NCBI RefSeq assembly: GCF_006345805.1
Contig: NW_021826642.1
Span: 1-14,325, forward strand
Length of the DNA stretch: 14,325 nucleotides
Source of the DNA: Octopus sinensis
Taxonomy: Eukaryota
Reading direction: 5' to 3'
The notes below the pieces were generated by a model, which saw only the letters and a list, made by a program, of their open reading frames with translations, had not been told where the DNA came from and ran no database searches. Both the position numbers and the translations under genes were made by a program. Numbering within the stretch: position 1 is the first letter of the stretch; each line of letters starts with the position of its first letter. Positions 8,798-14,325 of the stretch are shown piece by piece.

Positions 8798-8983
8798 AAG
8801 AAGAAGAAGAAGAAAAAGAAGAAGAAGAAGAAGAAGAAGAAGAAGAAGAAGAAGAGAAGACGAAGAAGAAGAAGAAGAAGAAGAAGAAGAAGAGAAGAAG
8901 AGAAGAAGAAGAGAGAAGAGAAGAGAGAAGAAGAAGAAGAAGAAGAAGAAGAAGAAGAAGAAGAAGAGAAGAAGAAGAAGAAG
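8798..8983. repeat. (AAG)n microsatellite
   Basis: Direct inspection. Confidence 0.95.
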
Positions 8984-9380
8984 AATCTTTTCTACTCTAG
9001 ACACAAGTCCTGAAATTTTGGGAGAGGGGCCAGTCGATTAGATCGACTCCAGTATACAACTGGTACTTAATTTATCGATCCCGAATGGATGAAAGGCAAA
9101 CTTGACCTCGGAAGAATTTGAACACAGAACGTAACTTCGGGCGAATACCTATTTCTTTATTACCCACAAGGGGCTAAAGACAGAGGGGACAAACAAGGAC
9201 AGACATAGGTATTAAGTCGATTACATCGACCCCAGTGCGTAACTGGTACTTAATTTATCGACCCCGAAAGGATGAAAGGCAAAGTCGACCTCGGCGGAAT
9301 TTGCACTCAGAACGTAACGACAGACGAAATACGGCTACGCATTTCGCCCGGCGTGCTAACGTTTCTGCCAGCTCGCCGCC
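8984..9380 (-). mobile_element. Dimeric SINE family B (B6): head-core-linker-core-tail
   Basis: Minus strand starts GGCGGCGAGCTGGCAGAAACGTTAGCACGCCGGGCGAAATGC. The core GCCTTTCATCC..GGG.TCGATAAATTAAGTACCAGTT occurs twice (about 9056-9100 and 9238-9282). Confidence 0.85.
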
Positions 9381-9406
9381 TAAGCATTTCATCCAGCGTG
9401 CTAATA

Positions 9407-9438
<32 letters not shown>

Positions 9439-9515
9439 CATGATCATGATGTGGTGGTGGTGGTGGTGGTGGTGGTGGTGGTGGTGTGATGATGATGATG
9501 ATGATGATGGTGATG

Positions 9516-10051
9516 ATATGTCCTGATGCAGTACCAGCCAGTGACTCTCATGGGGTCTGATCTTAACCGATTGGAAATGCTATCATGTACATTGTTTTGT
9601 CTTGGTATAAAAGATGGGCTACAGCTAATATTCTGCTCAATACCACAGATTTGCTTGTCAGTTGTTTGACCTTAACCATTTGAGCATGTCCCTTAATGGC
9701 TGACAATATGTGCATCTCTGATCGCAAGCAGAATTAGTAGGGGAGCATCATAGCCATATGTTGAGAGGAATTTTTTGGGATTCGGATAATTCAGCTCTGG
9801 AAACTTGGGAGTTTCGTTCAACGTCCTTGAATAAACCTTATTCAGACACCTTTTGAGCGAGATAGGTTGCTCGACCTGAAGAAAATTCAGGCCATGCACT
9901 GTTTCTTGATATGAGATCACCATGTCGCACACATATATTGTGATACATGTGCTTGGTGTACCCTAATCAGACGGGTTGTCATGATGGGTATACTGGGCTT
10001 CGTATATCTTAGCCCAGTATGACTTTGATGGCATACACTACTCTGTCGCAC
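9516..10051 (+). mobile_element. Element D copy D5 (duplicate of D4)
   Basis: Near-identical to 8260-8797 and followed by (AAG)n at 10052-10233. Confidence 0.75.
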
Positions 10052-10233
10052 AAGAAGAAGATAAAAAAAAGAAGAAGAAGAAGAAGAAGAAGAAGAAGAA
10101 GAAGAAGAAGACGAAGAAGAAGAAGAAGAAGGAAGAAGAAGAAGAGAAGAAGAAGAAGAAGAAGAGAGAAGAGAAGAAGAGAAGAAGAAGAAGAAAAAAG
10201 AAGAAGAAGAAGAAGAAGAAGAAGAAGAAGAAG

Positions 10234-10635
10234 AATCTTTTCTACTCTAGACACAAGTCCTGAAATTTTGGGAGAGGGGCCAGTCGATTAGATCGACTCC
10301 AGTATACAACTGGTACTTAATTTATCGATCCCGAATGGATGAAAGGCAAACTTGACCTCGAAGAATTTGAACACAGAAAGAACGTATCTTCGGGCGAATA
10401 CCTATTTCTTTATTACCCACAAGGGGCTAAAGACAGAGGGGACAAACAAGGACAGCATAGGTATTAAGTCGATTACATCGACCCCAGTGCGTAACTGTAC
10501 TGTACTTATTTATCGACCCCGAAAGGATGAAAGGCAAAGTCGACCTCGGCGGAATTTGCACTCAGAACGTAACGACAGACGAAATACGGCTACGCATTTC
10601 GCCCGGCGTGCTAACGTTTCTGCCAGCTCGCCGCC
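10234..10635 (-). mobile_element. Dimeric SINE family B (B7, duplicate of B6)
   Basis: Near-identical to 8984-9380; the differences are mostly small indels. Confidence 0.85.
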
Positions 10636-10661
10636 TAAGCATTTCATCCAGCGTGCTAATA

Positions 10662-10693
<32 letters not shown>

Positions 10694-10763
10694 CATGATC
10701 ATGATGTGTGGTGGTGGTGGTGGTGGTGTGGTGGTGGTGGTGGTGATGATAATGGTGATGATG

Positions 10764-10945
10764 ATTTCAAATTTTAGCACAAAACCAGCAAACCCTTGGG
10801 AGGGGTAAGTAGATTACATCGACTCCAAAACTCAACTGGTACTTATTTTAACCATCCCGAAAGGATGAAAGACTAACTTTACTTCGTCGGAATTTGACTC
10901 AGTACGTAAAGAGACGAAATACTGCTAAGCATTTTCCCGGCACTA
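10764..10945 (-). mobile_element. SINE family B monomer (B8)
   Basis: GATTTCAAATTTTAGCACAA..GATTACATCGACTCC..AACTGGTACTTA..CCCGAAAGGATGAAAG..GGAATTTGACTCAG..AAGCATTTTCCCGGC. Confidence 0.8.
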
Positions 10946-10959
10946 GTCCAGTAGCTTCG

Positions 10960-11132
10960 GGGGAGGTGGTAAGTCGAGTACATCGACGCCAGTGCTCAAC
11001 TGGTACTTAATTCATCGACCCTGAAAGGTAAAGTCAAGCTGGGCGGACTTAGAACACAGAGACGGACGAAATGCCCCCAGGCATTTTGCCGCTAAGCATT
11101 CTGCAGCTAAGCATTCTGACAGCTCGTCACCT
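10960..11132 (-). mobile_element. SINE family B monomer (B9) with an internal GCTAAGCATTCTG duplication
   Basis: AGTCGAGTACATCGACGCCAGTGCTCAACTGGTACTTAATTCATCGACCCTGAAAGG..CAGCTCGTCACCT. The 13-mer is repeated at 11091 and 11106. Confidence 0.75.
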
Positions 11133-11239
11133 GCAAAGTTGACACCAGTAAAATTTGAAGTTGTAACGTTAAGAGAAGAGATACTACTAAAGGTTTTTTT
11201 CAACGCACTGGCGATTCTGCGGTTTCTCTAGTCAGATGA

Positions 11240-11479
11240 TAATCGTTGTTTCTAATTATGGCACAAGGCCAGCAATTTTGAAAGTAGTTATAAGTTGATT
11301 GCATCATGTACTAACATGACTGGTAATTTTTTAAGATTTTTTATCGAACCCGAAAGGATGAATGGCAAAGGTAACTTCTGCAGTATTTGAACTCAGAACG
11401 TAAAGAAATACTGCCAAGCATGTTTTTGTTTTTTTTACTGTTTTTGCGACGCTCTAGCGACTCTGCCAGCTCACTGACT
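11240..11479 (-). mobile_element. SINE family B, diverged (B10)
   Basis: TTTCTAATTATGGCACAAGGCC..TTATCGAACCCGAAAGGATGAATGGCAAAG..TTTGAACTCAGAACGTAAAG..CTCTGCCAGCTCAC. Confidence 0.7.
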
Positions 11480-11549
11480 GCTGCTACTGCTGTTGTTGTT
11501 GTTGTTAAGCAACAAGACGGGTAAGGGTGATTAAGTGATAATCTAGGGT

Positions 11550-11733
11550 TTAGGGGCGGGAGACCCCAGACCTTGGAAAAAAAAGACTTTGGTCGTCTTG
11601 TTGTAGTCGAGGGATTTTCGTTGACGCCCCACACCACTGGGAAGTGGCCCTCGAAGTCGCTGGGAATGGAGATCTCCAGGTCCAAATTCTTGGACGGCTG
11701 CTGCTGCTGCTGCAGTCGCCGCCGATGATGATG

Positions 11734-11766
<33 letters not shown>

Positions 11767-11847
11767 TTGATGCAGATGATGATGATGACGACGACGACAA
11801 CGACAAGGAGGAGGAGTGTCATCATTAGTGACAAGAAGTCGAAGAGT
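11550..11847 (-). other. Candidate coding fragment: poly-His/Gln followed by a high-GC3 unique segment
   Basis: The frame is open from 11847 to 11341. Codons 11685-11608 (LDLEISIPSDFEGHFPVVWGVNENPS) end in G or C in 22 of 26 cases by hand count. No start codon or acceptor site seen. Confidence 0.25.
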
Positions 11848-12182
11848 TTACAGAAAATACGAAAAAAACGTAAAACAGAAGCTTACAAATACGAGGTGCG
11901 TTGTGAGACGGGATAAGTTATACTAAATCAAACAGGAATGAAAGACGTTATTACGTATCTAATTGGACTAATCACAACTATTTTATACGAAGCAAATATA
12001 TATAAATGTACAAAAAAAACACTAATTATAACAAGATAGCTATATCAAAATTAAAACGACCGTTTGGGTTGATCAAAGCATCTCACACTCCTTCCTAGTT
12101 ATCATCGTCATAAGTGTGTGAATGGTACTGATAACATTCTCTGGTCGTTTAGCATTAACTATTGTTATTATAGCTGTGATTC

Positions 12183-12899
12183 TTATTTTCTTTGCCTGTT
12201 CTGAATGGGATGGGTGTAATTTGGAGTTTCTTTTATCACACCTGATGATGATGATGATGGTTGTGGGGGGGGGGTAGTGGTGATGACTGATGGTGATGAT
12301 GATGGGGATGATGATGATGATGATGATGATAACAATGATGGTGGTGGTGGTGGTGGTGATGATGATGATGATGATGATGATGGCATAATTATATTGTCCA
12401 ACTTGCAGGCAGTGACTGGTGTCACCTTAGGACCATTAACCTCAACGATTTGTTCTTGTTGCTTTTGTTTTTGTTCTTTTAAGCTTTCTAAGCTGAAAAC
12501 TTCTGAAATGGGTTTTTTTTTCCTGCATATGTAGCAACCGTTTCGTCTGCATGGGATGTTGAATTTAAGGTTTCCTCTCAACACCCTCCTAACACACAGT
12601 TCCGGTATTGTTTTATAGTTCTGGAAACATATGAAAACTTTCCGTCCCTTCTGATCACACCTGACCACATACCGCCAAAAGCTATATCTGCAATGACCAC
12701 CTGTTCATATTGTACAACGAATGTGGCCAGTAGTTAGAGGTCGACATCATTGCCAATGTCCCTGAACTGTGATCTTCGTGCCCTTCCTTCCTAAATACTG
12801 CGGAAGCAGGTTCTTGAATAGTGGATTAAATAGAATTTGAACTTGCACATTCGCCCATTTCTCTGTTTTAAAGATGTGATATGGTGCTATATGCCCTCC
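12183..12899 (-). pseudogene. Degenerate ORF1/gag-like relic of a non-LTR retroelement (frameshifts, stop, decayed zinc knuckle, S/P/T microsatellite tail)
   Basis: Joined frames read LLPQYLGRKGTKITV/RDIGNDVDL*LLATFVVQYEQVV.../IPELCVRRVLRGNLKFNIPCRRNGCYICRKKKPISE. CxxC at 12536-12525. Family assignment is by resemblance only. Confidence 0.4.
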
Positions 12900-12944
12900 C
12901 CCGACCAAGGAAGGAAATTTAAATAAAAATATTCAACAACACTA

Positions 12945-13350
12945 GGCACAGGAGTGGCTGTGTGGTAAGTAGCTTGCTTACCAGCCACATGGTTCCTGGT
13001 TCATTACCACTGCGTGGCACCTTGGGCAAGTGTGTTCTACTATAACCTCAGGCCGACCAAAGCCTTGTGAGTGGATTTGGTAGACGAAAACTGAAGGAAG
13101 CCTGTCGTATATATGTATATATATATATGTATGTTTGTATATGTTTGTGTGTCTGTGTGTTTATCCCCCTAACATCGCTTGACAACCGATGGTGATGTGT
13201 TTACGTCCCCGTAACTTAGCGGTTCGACAAAAGAGACCGATAGAATAAGTACTAGGCTTCCAAAGAATAAGTCCTGGGGTCGATTTGCTCGACTAAAGGC
13301 GGTGCTTCAGCATGGCCGCGGTCAAATTACTGAAACAGGTAAAAGAGTAA
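12945..13350 (+). mobile_element. tRNA-derived CORE-like SINE (family C) with an internal (TA/TG)n spacer
   Basis: A-box TGGCTGTGTGG (12955-12965), B-box-like GGTTCATTACC (12998-13008), CORE-like GGCACCTTGGGCAAGTG (13016-13032), internal microsatellite at about 13109-13160, short AAAAGAGT end. Confidence 0.8.
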
Positions 13351-13600
13351 TGAAGTTACTCTTGCTTGCATTCAACAAAGAAAGCCAATGTAAGCGTAAC
13401 AAAGCTTAAGTTGGTTATTTTCCTCATCTAGCACGATTTTGTGACTAGTTGTGGTAGGTCGGTACATGTTTTGTATACAGAATGCTTCAAAGACTTCATT
13501 CTTCATCGAAATGGTCCATATCAAGGTTTTTGGCTTTGAAGGAACGTTTTCAAAGAACAGTTTTCCATCTCCATATTTTCGTTTACCATACTGGGTGCAT

Positions 13601-13870
13601 GTTTGTTCCTTCTCAAGCCATGCCTGGCTCATAAGGGCCGGTTTCCCGGTTTCATTGCGGTCCGTCGCAGGTGATCTGCTAGATGCAGGAAGAAAGAGTA
13701 AGAGAAAGTTGTGGTGAAAGAGTCAGCAGAGGTTCGCCTTTACCTTGTGCAGGAGCCGTGCGAAGCTTAAGTGTTTCACTCATAAACACACACATCGCCC
13801 GGTGTGAGATTCGCACCCGCGATCTTTCGACCGCGAGTCCACTGCTCTAACCACTAGGCTATGTCTCTAC
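13601..13870 (-). mobile_element. SINE family A, diverged copy A3 (A2-type tail with an internal deletion)
   Basis: GACCGCGAGTCCACTGCTCTAACCACTAGGC head. The tail CCTTCTCAAGCC..CGGTTTCCCGGTTTC matches 2821-2864. Confidence 0.8.
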
Positions 13871-14199
13871 ACTGTGTGAATGTCTTTTGTTGTTATTCTT
13901 ATTGTTGTTATTGTCGTTGATCATAACTTTTTCGTTCGGTATAGTTAAATTCATTGTTAAAATGCCAGCGGATATTTTTTTGTTACCAGTATTTTATGTG
14001 GCAATTAAAATAGAATTTTAATGTCTTTTATGGGGGTGGGGGGTATGCGTGTGTATGTGTGTGTGTGTGTATGAAATGTGTTATTTTCTACATTTCTGTG
14101 GAGGTGGCATGAAAAATGGCTATAATATTCCTAGCCATTTTTTAATAATTTGGTGACGTGACGTAAAACAAAAGAACCACAAACAGTGTCATTTCTTCT

Positions 14200-14291
14200 G
14201 TCGACCTCAATCGCGGGAAACAATACATTATAAGGCTATTGGCGAGAGTATTTTGCTCGGTGTGTTAATGATTCTGCAAGCTTTCTGCCTT
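14200..14291 (-). mobile_element. Very old family B head fragment
   Basis: GTCGACCTC..GTATTTTGCTCGGTGTGTTAATGATTCTGCAAGCTTTCTGCCTT resembles the B head GCATTTCGCCCGGCGTGCTAACGTTTCTGCCAGCTCGCCGCCT. Confidence 0.45.
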
Positions 14292-14325
14292 ATACGAAAC
14301 TGATAATAATAATACTCTAAGGCAA

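Larger units (their letters stand above)
8205..10744. repeat. Tandem duplication, unit about 1255 bp: (GGT)n(GAT)n-D-(AAG)n-dimeric B-(GAT)n
   Basis: ATGTCCTGATGCAGTACC at 8262 and 9518; AATCTTTTCTACTC at 8984 and 10234. Confidence 0.9.

Noticed and set aside
6481-10744. Repeat-spacer-repeat layout reminiscent of a CRISPR or satellite array
   Set aside because: Units are 340-1255 bp with nested 5' truncations and microsatellite spacers, there are no cas genes, and the context is eukaryotic.
11543-11556. Telomere-like CTAGGGTTTAGGG
   Set aside because: Only one TTAGGG; not an array.
11550-11834. ORF with an apparent signal peptide MMTLLLLVVVVVVIIII
   Set aside because: The hydrophobic run is the (CTC)(GTC)(ATC) microsatellite read in one frame, and the codon bias favours a different frame.
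13372-13632. 86-aa minus-strand ORF (MSQAWLEKEQ...)
   Set aside because: The start lies inside the tail of SINE A3, no domain is recognisable and the length is compatible with chance. A BLASTx search could still reveal a transposase relic.
14155-14166. Tandem CRE-like TGACGTGACGTA
   Set aside because: A short isolated motif with no supporting context.

Overview
AT-rich, repeat-dense eukaryotic genomic DNA that reads as intronic or intergenic. The SINE families and the density of (TA)n/(ATAC)n/(AAG)n/(AAT)n/(GAT)n microsatellites resemble an octopus (coleoid cephalopod) genome; this is recognition from memory, not a database search. No intact gene, rRNA, tRNA gene or CRISPR array can be supported, and most ORFs in the track are microsatellite translations. 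Contents: (A) three copies of a tRNA-headed SINE sharing head and body but with different tails; (B) about eleven copies or fragments of a second SINE, nearly all on the minus strand, two of them dimeric; (C) one CORE-like SINE; (D) five 5'-truncated 3' ends of a non-LTR retroelement, all on the plus strand and embedded in trinucleotide microsatellites, forming a 6.1-11.5 kb block with one chimeric copy and two nested tandem duplications (about 650 bp and about 1255 bp). Also present are a 240-bp foldback element, decayed Penelope-type hammerhead motifs, a degenerate ORF1/zinc-knuckle-like relic, a promoter-like motif cluster, and two weak exon or coding candidates. The most interesting signal is a microsatellite-associated retroelement cluster with opposite strand polarity of two families. 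I cannot claim a demonstrably new biological system, and some duplications may be assembly artefacts.
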